A stretch of 64,000 nucleotides of DNA from a virus. Made by a program: the position numbers and the translations under genes. The DNA is taken from IMG/VR virus record IMGVR_UViG_3300042863_002274; one strand, 5' to 3'. The notes under the pieces were generated by a model. That model was not told where the DNA came from and did not search any database. It saw nothing but the letters and a program-made list of their open reading frames with translations. Position 1 is the stretch's first letter. Every line of letters begins with the position of its first letter. Positions 39,434-49,672 of this stretch are shown here, piece after piece.

Positions 39434-40918
39434 TTACTCCGCAGGAACGGCCATTCCTCGGTTCTTGTACCAACATGGACTGAGTTTAATTCCGCCCGAG
39501 CGAGCTGTCTCTGAAGAGTCTGTTGCTAGTTCGGTACACAGTTCTGGGTCGGGAGTTCCTCCTGGGGCGTTCGGTACGTTCGGAACCTTACGAAGTTTTG
39601 GCATAAAAATGACATTGTCAGGGCTGAGACGCACTTCTTGAATTGTCATATTTACGGTAGCGCGACTTATGCTCCCCCCATCCGATACGGAGGTAAGGGG
39701 AGTTCTTTGAATAGAAGAGATTGACATATCAAAAATCGCCCATTCCCTATAGCTTTTATCTTCTATGACTGCAGTGCTGCCGCTAAACAGGGAGTCAAAA
39801 TTTCTAAATATTACAAGTTCTGGAGTGTTTGCCATTCTCTGAAGTTTTGCGAGTTTGTCTTCGCATGATTCGTAAATGCTTGATTTATCTCCTGAATGAG
39901 CTTCAACAACAAATTCAAATGAAATTTTCATAAGCTTATTGTTTTTATAGTCAACCAATCCATAATTATTTAAACGTTCAATTTCCGTCCATGTAATTCC
40001 AATATTGCTGTATGAGATATTGTTGGGACGTAAGTTGAACTCGTACTCATCTAGGACCGTTTTTTCAGTAGAATTAGATATTGCTCTGCGTTGAATCATT
40101 TTTGGCGATTCAGGTTTTGATGATGCTTTTACAGTTTGTGTAGGTGACAAAACAGAAATTGTTGCGCTTTTTGCTTTTACTGCAGTATTGACAATATAAG
40201 TAGATGCAAAATTGTTATTTCTTGTAGACAGCGAAGCAACCAGGCTCGTTGCAGCCGCATTGGAAGTTCCGCCAGATGTCAATTCTCTAATTTGAGCTAA
40301 GTCGAAGTTTTCGAGATTCATATCAGTTGAATCACCAACAAAATTATCCCATTTTGACTGTGAGGCTTCGTCAAAATTAGGAAGTTCCGCTATTGCATCT
40401 GTGGAGTCTAAGAGAAAAAACAATTTAAGGAGAGGATGATACCAGTATTGAGACCAGTCATCATCGGTGTCATTAAATTTACGCCATTTTTTAATTCGTG
40501 ATTGCTTGTAAGGATTCGTGTTGCTTTTAAACTTGGTAAGACCCCACTCAAACGTGTATTGCGTTGCTACGTATATATTGTTAGCAAAAACAATCTTATG
40601 ACCAGTTACGAAGTCGTCGTATTTTGTTGTTTTTGGGTTTGAGTACGGTATCTGTGGTGCTCGGAGGTTGTCGGCATCGTTCCACCCGTACTCATCACCC
40701 ACCGTGTACTCAATAAAGTTAAAGTCTTGCTGGGCACCACTTAGAAAGGGAAGCCAATATTTTTGAGTAGAAACAGGAGTATAGGAAGCAGGGAAAACTG
40801 GAGTGTTTGTGTTTACTGTTTGCTTAAACAGCTGCTTTATTGGATAGCCTTTTCTAACGCTTGCGTTGTCTGTTTCGGTATAGCCGACAGTTATGTATGA
40901 AATGCTATTTAGTGCCAT
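39434..40918 (-). CDS. Tail tube initiator-like protein
   Basis: Immediately after tape measure; C-terminal YEFNLRPNNISYS..W.EIER..RATVNMTIQE tube-fold pattern. Confidence 0.55.
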   Translation of the reverse strand: MALNSISYITVGYTETDNASVRKGYPIKQLFKQTVNTNTPVFPASYTPVSTQKYWLPFLSGAQQDFNFIEYTVGDEYGWNDADNLRAPQIPYSNPKTTKYDDFVTGHKIVFANNIYVATQYTFEWGLTKFKSNTNPYKQSRIKKWRKFNDTDDDWSQYWYHPLLKLFFLLDSTDAIAELPNFDEASQSKWDNFVGDSTDMNLENFDLAQIRELTSGGTSNAAATSLVASLSTRNNNFASTYIVNTAVKAKSATISVLSPTQTVKASSKPESPKMIQRRAISNSTEKTVLDEYEFNLRPNNISYSNIGITWTEIERLNNYGLVDYKNNKLMKISFEFVVEAHSGDKSSIYESCEDKLAKLQRMANTPELVIFRNFDSLFSGSTAVIEDKSYREWAIFDMSISSIQRTPLTSVSDGGSISRATVNMTIQEVRLSPDNVIFMPKLRKVPNVPNAPGGTPDPELCTELATDSSETARSGGIKLSPCWYKNRGMAVPAE

Positions 40919-43900
40919 TATCTTCTCTGCCTGTCAGAACGTTCTTTTTCTTGAATCTTGGCCATGACCATATTGGCAATTACTTCAGGAGCAGCGTTGT
41001 TGCCATTTATTTCAAATGTATAGTAATTATTGGTTCCACCACCGGAACTAGATGATGTAGAAACTGGTGAAGGTGTTGATGTGTCACCCATGCCGGAACC
41101 AGGAACAACGTGGAGATGACGATTAGCCATGGAACCGTGGAACTCAGCAAAGCCTCCATTCGCGTGAACAAGCTTTGCGTACTGACCTAGGTTCTGTCCT
41201 GTGAGGTCATAAGCAGAACCAGTTGCGTGGTCTGAGTTTATTGAACCAAGTGCGTAATCTCTGAGAGAAGAAGTGACTGTTCTCTTTCCTGTTAGTTGAC
41301 CGTTCATAGCAGCGTGACGGCCCATTGTTTGAGAAAGTTTGCTTGTTGCAGTGTCTCCTACGCCACCCGCGCGAGGGGTAGATGTATCGTTGGCCGGCTT
41401 AAGAGTCTTGCCATCAAATACCAGACCCTTTTCCCACCATCCCGGCATTTCGCCGAGAGGGGCCTTGAAGAAGCCTTCCATATTGGTGTTAAATGTATTA
41501 ATAGCAGTTTCTAGACCTGTCGCAGAAGTAGAAAAATCAGTAGCCGCAGTAGCTATTGCGTCAAGCTTCTTTGGGTCTTCAGCAGTAATCGCTACACCGG
41601 GCCCGATGATGCTCTCAAGACCTGATGTTAAATCTGCTGCAGTTTCGCCTTTTAAGCCTTTTCTTAGTCTGTTAGTGTCTACGCCGCGCTTTGCAAGCTC
41701 TGGGTCCATTGCCTCGTCAAACGTCGAAACATCGCCCAGTATCGCTGCCAATTCTTTTGGACTCTTACTAGCGAGAGCTGCTTTCAGGGCTCCCTGGTCG
41801 ACCGTCATGTTCTTCTTGGATAGTCTTGCGCTTATTTGAGTAGCAGCTTCGCCAACCATTCCCTCTTTTAGCAAACCTTGAGATTTTATAACATCTTTAT
41901 CCCCCAAGACGGTCTTTCCCTGTCCTGCCAGGGCTCCGCCTTTTGCAAAAACCCCCCCCTCTTCTCCTTGACCAAACATTTCGTTATAGGCAAGATAGGC
42001 TTTTGTCGCATCCCCACCATTTACTGCCAGTAGTTGCGGCATCATTTGCTCAAAGGAAGCGCCAATGGCTTTTGATTTATCCGCCTTGCTTGTTCCCTTC
42101 TTACGAAGGACATCACCTAAACCGGCTACGTTCTGGTTGAGAGCGGCGCTTTTTTCTCCTGCTTCTCTGGTTTCCTTGAAGGGATTTGCTCCAGTAAGAA
42201 AAGTATCTACTAACGCATCATTCAGGGCTGCTCCGGTTTTTATGATGCCTTCAGTAAATTTTGTTAGAAGTTCGTTGTACTTTACGGTTGGGTTATAGAG
42301 GTCTATACCCAACTTTTTAGCCATTTGTTCTAGTTCTGCACCACTTTTACCAGTAGCTCTAGATAACGCATCTATTCTGGCGGTGTTTTGTTTGTCTATT
42401 TCCCCAAGTTGTTTCTGAACAGCCGGGTCAGTTTCTTTTAGCATTGTGCGCAGCGTGCCAGTCGCCTTTTTTTTCTGTGTCTTTTGGTCTTCTGCGCTTA
42501 CCTTTTTTCCTTCTGCAGTCTTGTAGTACGCCTCAAGAGCGGCTACGGGGTCTTCGAATTCCTGTCTCCCACCCGACATGTAGCTTCCGCCGGTACCTGC
42601 TATTGCGCCACTTATAGAGCTGCGAATACCGGCTTGGGTTTTTGCATAACCTGCTCCAACTCCAAGCATGGTTGCACCTTTTCCAGCCAGGCTTTGACCT
42701 TTCTGGGAAGCTTCGTAGTTTTTCTGAAATGCTGCTCCTGCGCTTTTCGTGGTCTCCATATAAAGACGCCCGAAGCTTTCCATGACTGTCGCTTTAGCTG
42801 CAGCAAGTTGAGCCTTTCCTTTATTTACGGCTCCCATTATTCCGCCGACAAGTAGACCTATTCCAGCACCAATAGCCGCGCCTTGTGGCCCAAGCATTCC
42901 GCCTAGAGCGGCTCCACCAGCAGCACCAGATATCGCACCCTTCATTGTGCCCTGAGCCTTCATGGCTCCACCTATTCCAGCAACACCAAGTCCAAGCATT
43001 GGGTTAATGGTGGCAACGGTTGCTCCAAGAGCCATGGCTCCACGCATTTCTTCTGGGGCATACTGACTTGCCATTCCAAGTCCTATTCCTACACCGGCGC
43101 GACCACCCATACTGTTGTTGAACTTCTTTGTGCCTGCTCCGAATTTACTGTCGTTACGCGTAATTCTGTTCATATCGCGGGCGTAATTTAATCTTCCCGA
43201 AAGTTTTCTCAGGCCCCCTTGCGAGTCAGTTCCTCCTTTTCTTATTCCGTCGTCGCCTTTCACGCCAAATCTTCTGTTCTTTAGTGCGTCGCGCTGTGCT
43301 TTTACATCTCTGAACTCACCTTTTTCGCTGTCGTACGCACCAGAGTTGAGGTAAGCCATTCCGCCTCTAGCGACACCAACTCCCCTATCTATGCCTGACC
43401 TGGTTTTGTTTGCTGCACGTCTAAGGTCGTTTGAAACGCCTGTTCCGATTCCGACAGGGCGAGGGTCGTTTTTGAATTCTGCAACTGAGCCCTTTTTTGC
43501 AAGTATTTGGCGATTTATTTCTTCTCTTGTAGATTCTTTAGTTATGCCAGTAATGCCTTTGCCTGTCGCAATTTGATGCAACTCGTCTCTAGAGCGACCA
43601 TTTAGTGACTGTTCGGCTCGAAAACGAGCAGACTGTGCAAGATTGTACTGAGGGTTTGGTTGAGGTTTTCCATCACGACCCATAATGGTCGGGGATGCAT
43701 ACGGGTCTTTGGGTTGCCCAAATGCCGCATATCCAGCTCCTCGTCCTATTTGCTGCCTCTTGGTAAATCTTTCTGTGTGTCTTTGGGTTGAACCACTTGA
43801 GCGAAACCCCATGCGATATCCGTCTTTAATATTTTGGGAAAATCTACGAGATGGGTCATCTCTCATTTCGCGATACGCTCCGCCTCCTATTCTTGACGAC

Positions 43901-45651
43901 GGATAAACGGACGTACCAGAACTACCAGGAGCACCACTACCTCCTGCTGACGTTGCGCCAGAAGAAAGGCGACCGGAACCGACTGGACCAGCATTGCCGA
44001 TATTTACACTGTTGGCCGTTACGTTCATGGTTTGTGTATGGGTTCCGGACTTGGGCATTAAGCGCCCCTTGACTCCGGCCAATCCTCGTCCCAAAACAGC
44101 AGCACCCATTAGTGGGGCAAGCGCTGCCCCAAGACCGCTTCCGGCTCCAACGGTCATTACTTTCGTAAGCACTTTTAATACCTGATTAAGGCCTGCTAAA
44201 AGGTCATTTATAAATGGAGCCATTTGGGCAAAGTTTTTCTTTAGGCCCATAAAGTATTCAGAAAGGGTGTCGATGATGTCGGCTATGCGTTGACCGAACT
44301 CTTCAACAAAAAAACTATTTTCTTCCAGGAGGTCCTTGAAAAGCGTAAGGTTTTGAGCGCCTCCCTTGATGGAATCCCATATCGGGTCCATGGCCTTATA
44401 TAGAACCTTTGCTCCGTCGATAAGTGGACGTGTCGCATCTAGAACAAGATTCCAACCACGCTTGAATTTTGTATACCAGTCACCGATTCTGTCGAACATG
44501 CCAACAGCAGTAGGAAGGTATTCGCGAATCATTTTCACTAGCCAGCCAGATGCTTTTTCTATAGCGCTTGCAAAGTTATTTATTCCTTCCTCTGCTCCAA
44601 AGCTGTACTGGATTGCAGCAAATACGCGCGCTAAGTCGGTTCTGACTTTGTCAAACACGCGAGCAAATGCAGTTTTTAGCGGCTCAAGAAACATGTCGCC
44701 AAAGTCCGCGAATTCGCCACGTAAACGGGTAAAGTAGCCTTTCATTTGACTAATCAAAGTATTGTTCACTGCGTCAAACTGACCGGAGACGCCACCCTTT
44801 TTAGCAAGGTCTCCAGACATCAGGAGTTCTTGAAATTGTTTCTTTGTCTTAACGTTCGCCTTTTTTAAAGCCGATTCCATCTCTGGACCTAGTTTTTTTG
44901 CCTCAGTTATGACGTCACTGATGTTTTTCTTTTTATCAGAAAGTGCGGCTATAACTACAGATACTTGCTCAAGCCCCTTGGCTGGGTCTTGACCTGCTGA
45001 ACCAAAGTCCATCAAAGCCTTGATTGCACCACCACTTTGATTAATTTGGCTGGTATTCATTGATTTTGACATATTTCCATATGCCTTATTGAGTGCTTCT
45101 ACGCCAAGGCTCGACAGAGCGGCATCGGATTGCAGGTTTCTCATCGCCATGCGGGTCTGATTCATCGCTGACCCAAAAGCTGGAGCACCCTTGCCCCTGT
45201 AGGCATATATTGCTGCTTGTTGTTCTCGTATGGCTGCCGAGGCTGCAGATATTGCAACAACCACCCCCGCCGCACCTGACGCAAGCATCTGCATGGCTCC
45301 CCTATAGGCTTTGACCAGAAATTGTCCTGCAGCAAATAATGCATGGATGCCAATCATTGTTGCGCCAAGTATTGCCATTTCGACAACAACACCCTTAACT
45401 GACATTCCCAAGAACTTGGTCAGGCCTTTGCCTGCCATCTTTGCGCCTTTGTCTATGGCGTCAAAACTTCTCTTCCAGCCACTGGTCATGCTGTTTAGGC
45501 TTTTGTTTGTGCTGTTGGCAAACTTGTCTGTTCTACCGCTAGAAAGCTTGTCTAGTCTTTTGTGTAAAACTGCAATTTCTGCAATCGCACGGCGAATTTC
45601 ACCAGTTTGGGCATCAAATTTAATTTTTACATTAATATTTTCGTCTGCCAT
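40918..45651 (-). CDS. Tape measure protein with C-terminal peptidase M15-like motif
   Basis: 1577 aa, Ala/Gly-rich helical, after tail chaperone; SDHATGSAYD..RHLHV near C-terminus. Confidence 0.9.
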   Translation of the reverse strand: MADENINVKIKFDAQTGEIRRAIAEIAVLHKRLDKLSSGRTDKFANSTNKSLNSMTSGWKRSFDAIDKGAKMAGKGLTKFLGMSVKGVVVEMAILGATMIGIHALFAAGQFLVKAYRGAMQMLASGAAGVVVAISAASAAIREQQAAIYAYRGKGAPAFGSAMNQTRMAMRNLQSDAALSSLGVEALNKAYGNMSKSMNTSQINQSGGAIKALMDFGSAGQDPAKGLEQVSVVIAALSDKKKNISDVITEAKKLGPEMESALKKANVKTKKQFQELLMSGDLAKKGGVSGQFDAVNNTLISQMKGYFTRLRGEFADFGDMFLEPLKTAFARVFDKVRTDLARVFAAIQYSFGAEEGINNFASAIEKASGWLVKMIREYLPTAVGMFDRIGDWYTKFKRGWNLVLDATRPLIDGAKVLYKAMDPIWDSIKGGAQNLTLFKDLLEENSFFVEEFGQRIADIIDTLSEYFMGLKKNFAQMAPFINDLLAGLNQVLKVLTKVMTVGAGSGLGAALAPLMGAAVLGRGLAGVKGRLMPKSGTHTQTMNVTANSVNIGNAGPVGSGRLSSGATSAGGSGAPGSSGTSVYPSSRIGGGAYREMRDDPSRRFSQNIKDGYRMGFRSSGSTQRHTERFTKRQQIGRGAGYAAFGQPKDPYASPTIMGRDGKPQPNPQYNLAQSARFRAEQSLNGRSRDELHQIATGKGITGITKESTREEINRQILAKKGSVAEFKNDPRPVGIGTGVSNDLRRAANKTRSGIDRGVGVARGGMAYLNSGAYDSEKGEFRDVKAQRDALKNRRFGVKGDDGIRKGGTDSQGGLRKLSGRLNYARDMNRITRNDSKFGAGTKKFNNSMGGRAGVGIGLGMASQYAPEEMRGAMALGATVATINPMLGLGVAGIGGAMKAQGTMKGAISGAAGGAALGGMLGPQGAAIGAGIGLLVGGIMGAVNKGKAQLAAAKATVMESFGRLYMETTKSAGAAFQKNYEASQKGQSLAGKGATMLGVGAGYAKTQAGIRSSISGAIAGTGGSYMSGGRQEFEDPVAALEAYYKTAEGKKVSAEDQKTQKKKATGTLRTMLKETDPAVQKQLGEIDKQNTARIDALSRATGKSGAELEQMAKKLGIDLYNPTVKYNELLTKFTEGIIKTGAALNDALVDTFLTGANPFKETREAGEKSAALNQNVAGLGDVLRKKGTSKADKSKAIGASFEQMMPQLLAVNGGDATKAYLAYNEMFGQGEEGGVFAKGGALAGQGKTVLGDKDVIKSQGLLKEGMVGEAATQISARLSKKNMTVDQGALKAALASKSPKELAAILGDVSTFDEAMDPELAKRGVDTNRLRKGLKGETAADLTSGLESIIGPGVAITAEDPKKLDAIATAATDFSTSATGLETAINTFNTNMEGFFKAPLGEMPGWWEKGLVFDGKTLKPANDTSTPRAGGVGDTATSKLSQTMGRHAAMNGQLTGKRTVTSSLRDYALGSINSDHATGSAYDLTGQNLGQYAKLVHANGGFAEFHGSMANRHLHVVPGSGMGDTSTPSPVSTSSSSGGGTNNYYTFEINGNNAAPEVIANMVMAKIQEKERSDRQRR

Positions 45652-45718
45652 ATAGCCTGCCCAGAGTGATTTTTACATCACGTGAGTCTAAGGCGGTCAA
45701 GCTATGGGAGCAGTATCC

Positions 45719-45910
45719 CTAAGTCTTCGACTTGCGCTCTTGCTCTTCGCGGTCGTTACTTATTACTTTAGCACAGGCGAGAAGGACCAACCAGTCATTA
45801 TCGTCAAAGTTCATGAGTTCCAACGGATTAACGTGGAAAAGTTCTCCAAGTCTTGCTGCGGAGATGACTATGGAATCTTCAACTAGTTCGTCGAAGATTC
45901 CTTCGTAGGG
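45719..45910 (-). CDS. Tail assembly chaperone -1 frameshift extension (G-T type)
   Basis: Open -1 frame PYEGIFDELVEDSIVISAARLGELFHVNPLELMNFDDNDWLVLLACAKVISNDREEQERKSKT overlapping the chaperone end. Confidence 0.65.
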   Translation of the reverse strand, partial: PYEGIFDELVEDSIVISAARLGELFHVNPLELMNFDDNDWLVLLACAKVISNDREEQERKSKT

Positions 45911-46434
45911 TCCACCGCGGCAACAGTATCTGAATATCCAGCGGCGTCCAAGATTGCCAAAGCGGCTGATTCGATGTGAGGGTCAACACCAAACATGGCA
46001 CGAACGGCATCTGGAACCGGACGAGTAGTATCGGTCATTTCCAAAACTAATGGGTGAGCAAAGTTAAGATTATTGCCACTCTCGTCATAGATTTCCTCAT
46101 CATCCATACAGATGCCGATGGTTGTATTACCAATAACTAGGCAGGCAAATTTAGTGGCATCAAGACCGTTTCGTGAGTCTTCGCCAGCAGATTTTCTCCA
46201 GTTTTTCATCTGTGACTGGGTAATGTTTGGGCTGACCTTAATGCTCACACCATCACGTTCCGTGACAGGAATATGAACAACAGGGCGTTCAACTTTCTTT
46301 TTGACAACAGAACGCAAGCGGTCAAGTTGTGTCTCTTCTTTTATAGAAGAAGTAAGTCCATCACGCTGACCAGCCTTTTTGCTGCTCTTAACGTCGTCGG
46401 AGTCTTCGGTTGTGTACAGTGGATTATCGCTCAT
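45883..46434 (-). CDS. Tail assembly chaperone
   Basis: Between tube and tape measure; overlapping -1 ORF. Confidence 0.75.
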   Translation of the reverse strand: MSDNPLYTTEDSDDVKSSKKAGQRDGLTSSIKEETQLDRLRSVVKKKVERPVVHIPVTERDGVSIKVSPNITQSQMKNWRKSAGEDSRNGLDATKFACLVIGNTTIGICMDDEEIYDESGNNLNFAHPLVLEMTDTTRPVPDAVRAMFGVDPHIESAALAILDAAGYSDTVAAVDPTKESSTN

Positions 46435-46440
46435 GCTGAG

Positions 46441-46476
46441 AAGCTAGCACAGACATATTGCCTGGCGTTGCAACTA
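46441..46476 (-). promoter_or_regulatory. Candidate late promoter TAGTTGCA-N22-TAGCTT (leaderless start 6 nt downstream)
   Basis: Same motif and spacing as at 48501-48536 and 62487-62522. Confidence 0.55.
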
Positions 46477-46482
46477 GCGTAT

Positions 46483-46980
46483 TTAGGCGGCGTCTACGTC
46501 TGAGATTGCGAAGGTCAATGCGAAGGTGGCTGGAGCTCCAGATGACGAGTCACCTTCTGGCTCAGTCATTCCAACAAGAAGCGCATTTGTGTAAATACGG
46601 TCATTGGTTGGGTCCTTGATGTCGCAGTCGTAAACAGATACTGTAAGGTTAAAGTAAGCTGTTCCGACGTATCGACGCAAGTCCTTGAGTTTACGGCCGA
46701 TACCAGCTTCAGTGAGTGAGGTATTCATATCATCGTCATAGTGAGCAGTCAGCGTGATGTCACCTATCTCCGAAGGGGCACATAGGACTGTTGGTCTAGA
46801 CTTTCCGCCTTCGTAGATTTTCTCTACAGATGCTGTTATCTCGCCACCTGAAACCTGAGCAAAGCGGAATCCGTTCCACTTAGGCAGGTTGGCCTGCACG
46901 TTGGTTTGCTGTTTGGCGTTGTCGCTGAAAGTGCTTGGAACTATTGTTGCTAGTACTTGTCTTTGAGCTACTTTTGACAT
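46483..46980 (-). CDS. Tail tube protein (gp19-like)
   Basis: Directly after sheath; F.QVSGGE..YEGG..GDITLT pattern. Confidence 0.8.
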   Translation of the reverse strand: MSKVAQRQVLATIVPSTFSDNAKQQTNVQANLPKWNGFRFAQVSGGEITASVEKIYEGGKSRPTVLCAPSEIGDITLTAHYDDDMNTSLTEAGIGRKLKDLRRYVGTAYFNLTVSVYDCDIKDPTNDRIYTNALLVGMTEPEGDSSSGAPATFALTFAISDVDAA

Positions 46981-46996
46981 GAGGAATTTCCTTTGT

Positions 46997-48451
46997 TTAA
47001 ACTACTGTTGAGGTTAGGTTTGACTTGACAATATCGATTTCGATTCTGTCACCGACGCTGCTGACACGAACGCCAACTTTTGCTTTGACCAAGCCTTCAG
47101 ACAACTGCAATGTTGAGTTGAGCGAAGTATCGCACTTCACAACATAACCGTCATCAAGCTGACGACCGTTTGCGTCAAAAGCTGGGTAAAGAGCTCCGAG
47201 ATTACGCATGACCGACAAAATCGATATCAATCGTGACTCAATGTTGGCGAAAATAGTGTTTCTGCCGTCGATGGAGCTAAACACAACATCTTCGATAGAG
47301 CGGTAGCACTCTGTAACAATTGTATTTACAACGTCTTGCTGAGTAATATAGCGGAAGTTATCAACGTCAGATGACAGTGAACGTGCACCGTAGATTCTAA
47401 TTGTGTTTTGAATGATTCTGATTGGGTTGACGTAGTTGGCATCAAGGTCATCACCAATTGTTTTGTTTATGTCAGCCTTCAGGCCGACTACAAATGATGC
47501 TGCCGAGATAAGACCTGCTGCAGGAAGATGTGGCCCTGTTTGGTTGTGAGCAACCGCACGCTTGCCAGCGACATATCCTACTGGCGGAACAAATCTGGTA
47601 ACTCCTGGTACTCCAGTTGGAACCTCTACCCATGGGTAGTATAAGGCTGCGTGTTCTGCACCGTCTTCGGCTTGAAGCGTAAGTGCTGTTGACTTGACTG
47701 CAGATACAGCCGCATTCTCGCCTGTGAACAAGAGAGCAATTCTACTGTTTGCATTTGCATGTTCAATCAGAGCAGTTGACATTGCATCAGAAAAGTCTTC
47801 TGGGCAAACTACTGCACCAGAACCAAGGGCGTCATTGAAGAGTGCCAATTGTGTTTCATAAGTAGCTTGGACAACTTGGTTATGATAAGAGTCGCCTGCA
47901 CTAAGAGAAGTCAAAGCGAGAGCGTCTGGGACGAGGCTGGTGCTGTTAACTGTTGCGTTTACGTATCTTTGGGCGATTGCGCTCAGATTTATTCTGCCCG
48001 CTGCCTGAGATGTTGTAGACACTGTTCCTGTTGAGTACTTCTGTACTCCAGAGTAATAGATGTCAATTTTAAACGTGCTTGCCGTAGGGGCCGTGACTAC
48101 GACACCAACATTCGCGCTCCATGCGCCCGCTCCGTTTGCGGTAAGTGTAAGAGCAGCGGTTCCTCCGTCGTTAAGCACAAGGCTTCCTACGGTTGCAGAT
48201 GCTCCAACGGCTCTGGCTACGTAAGCCCGTGTGCCGCCTTCTTCGAAAAATGTTTCCAGGGTTGAGTGAGTGTAGGTACCGGTTAGGTAATCTCCAAACG
48301 TATCCTCGAACTCTCCCAGGTTTTGGATGAGTACAGGCTCGTCTGAAGGGCCTCTCTCTGTCAGGCCTACGACAAACAACTGTGACGACTCGCGTACTGT
48401 TGTGGTCGAAGGACCGGTTCTTACTGAAGTTGATATAACTACGCCAGGCAT
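46997..48451 (-). CDS. Contractile tail sheath protein
   Basis: MPGVVIS, VGLTERGP, FFEEGG.RAYV.R, ALYYPWV, PP.G.VAG, VNPIR..IYGARSL motifs. Confidence 0.95.
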   Translation of the reverse strand: MPGVVISTSVRTGPSTTTVRESSQLFVVGLTERGPSDEPVLIQNLGEFEDTFGDYLTGTYTHSTLETFFEEGGTRAYVARAVGASATVGSLVLNDGGTAALTLTANGAGAWSANVGVVVTAPTASTFKIDIYYSGVQKYSTGTVSTTSQAAGRINLSAIAQRYVNATVNSTSLVPDALALTSLSAGDSYHNQVVQATYETQLALFNDALGSGAVVCPEDFSDAMSTALIEHANANSRIALLFTGENAAVSAVKSTALTLQAEDGAEHAALYYPWVEVPTGVPGVTRFVPPVGYVAGKRAVAHNQTGPHLPAAGLISAASFVVGLKADINKTIGDDLDANYVNPIRIIQNTIRIYGARSLSSDVDNFRYITQQDVVNTIVTECYRSIEDVVFSSIDGRNTIFANIESRLISILSVMRNLGALYPAFDANGRQLDDGYVVKCDTSLNSTLQLSEGLVKAKVGVRVSSVGDRIEIDIVKSNLTSTVV

Positions 48452-48500
48452 AGGACCTCACTGTTTCGCATTGGGAATCCCGTTTGTGATTGTGATTTCA

Positions 48501-48536
48501 ATTGTACAGAGGGGTATGTATTATTCTGTGCAACTA
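48501..48536 (-). promoter_or_regulatory. Candidate late promoter TAGTTGCA-N22-TACAAT
   Basis: Intergenic, upstream of sheath; AT-rich upstream tract. Confidence 0.6.
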
Positions 48537-48562
48537 TGAATTGAACTTTAAAAATATAAAAA

Positions 48563-49171
48563 CTAATTATCAAGTGACGGCATTTCTTCTGCAGTTCCTG
48601 CGGTAACTGTTTCTATTTCTATTGAATCCACAACTCCGAGAGGCTCTCTTGTGACAACTTCGTCTATTTCGAGGATGTAGGAGATGTATGCACCAGCCAT
48701 CATTCTCTCGCCTTTTAGTAGAGAGATATCTGAATATTCTTCACGAATGCTGTTTTCGCCTATTATCGCCCTAAATGAGGTTCTAGAGTCGTAGGCCTTT
48801 AGGCAGGGGTAGTCAAGAAGCGCGCTTCTAACGACAGTGGTTAGTCTGTCTCTCATTACCGTCGTTGGCTCATTGCCTTCGTCGCGGACCCAAATGTACG
48901 TTCTCATGCTGTAGGAGACCCTGTAAAGAGGGTCTGCACCATCGAAGCCTATTCGCTCTAATCCATTCATGGCAGTCGTTACGGTGATGATTGAGGGCCA
49001 TTCATCTATGGCTAGTGGTTCGTAAGCTATGTACTGACCAGGGTCTGGCAGCAAAGTGCTGTCCAGGTTCCAGCCATTTCTGTAGCGGATTAATCTTATT
49101 GGTAGGTCCTGTGTCAAGTAATCATTGACATATTTCTTTGCAAAATGAGAACCATTCATTAAAGCCGTCAT
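48563..49171 (-). CDS. Tail terminator/completion protein
   Basis: Synteny between neck gene and sheath; WPSI, alpha/beta pattern. Confidence 0.55.
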   Translation of the reverse strand: MTALMNGSHFAKKYVNDYLTQDLPIRLIRYRNGWNLDSTLLPDPGQYIAYEPLAIDEWPSIITVTTAMNGLERIGFDGADPLYRVSYSMRTYIWVRDEGNEPTTVMRDRLTTVVRSALLDYPCLKAYDSRTSFRAIIGENSIREEYSDISLLKGERMMAGAYISYILEIDEVVTREPLGVVDSIEIETVTAGTAEEMPSLDN

Positions 49172-49668
49172 ATTAATTTACTTCCCTGAACAACGTATTG
49201 GAGTGTTTTTTTATTTATGTCTCTGTCAAAATCTCGAGGAATAAAAAGTATTTTTCTTGCTGGCATGTCTCGGGTTCCGTATTGATGAAACCTGGCTATG
49301 GGACTGTCGATAACAAAAGTCCCCTCCATCTCGGTTATTACATTTTTTGAACTAGACGCCATATTGGCAACGCTTCTAAAAAGTTCTCCAGTTATCATCA
49401 TCATCGGAGCGCCAGGATAACGTTCGGCTTTTTGAAACGCATAGTCATCATCAAGAGGAGGCCATGCCCCCTTTAACATCGCCTTTGCAGACATCGCACC
49501 CATCGTTGTAAAGTTTTTTGAATAAGCTCTTTGTAAGTAGTCTTTTCCCCATTGCAAAACCGGCCTCATGTCATTGGCTCTGTCTCGCATGTTTTGCAGT
49601 CTGTCTACAGTATCTTTGCCCTGCCAGTCAACGTCCGTGACTGTTACTAAAACGTTTCTTGAGGCCAC
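49168..49668 (-). CDS. Virion morphogenesis / neck protein (Mu gpG / P2 gpS-like)
   Basis: WPPL..Y, TGELFRS, ARFHQYGT.DMPARK motifs. Confidence 0.75.
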   Translation of the reverse strand: MASRNVLVTVTDVDWQGKDTVDRLQNMRDRANDMRPVLQWGKDYLQRAYSKNFTTMGAMSAKAMLKGAWPPLDDDYAFQKAERYPGAPMMMITGELFRSVANMASSSKNVITEMEGTFVIDSPIARFHQYGTRDMPARKILFIPRDFDRDINKKTLQYVVQGSKLI

Positions 49669-49672
49669 GTCG

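Noticed and set aside
45704-45886. Plus-strand 60-aa ORF from the track
   Set aside because: Overlaps the more plausible minus-strand frameshift extension of the tail chaperone
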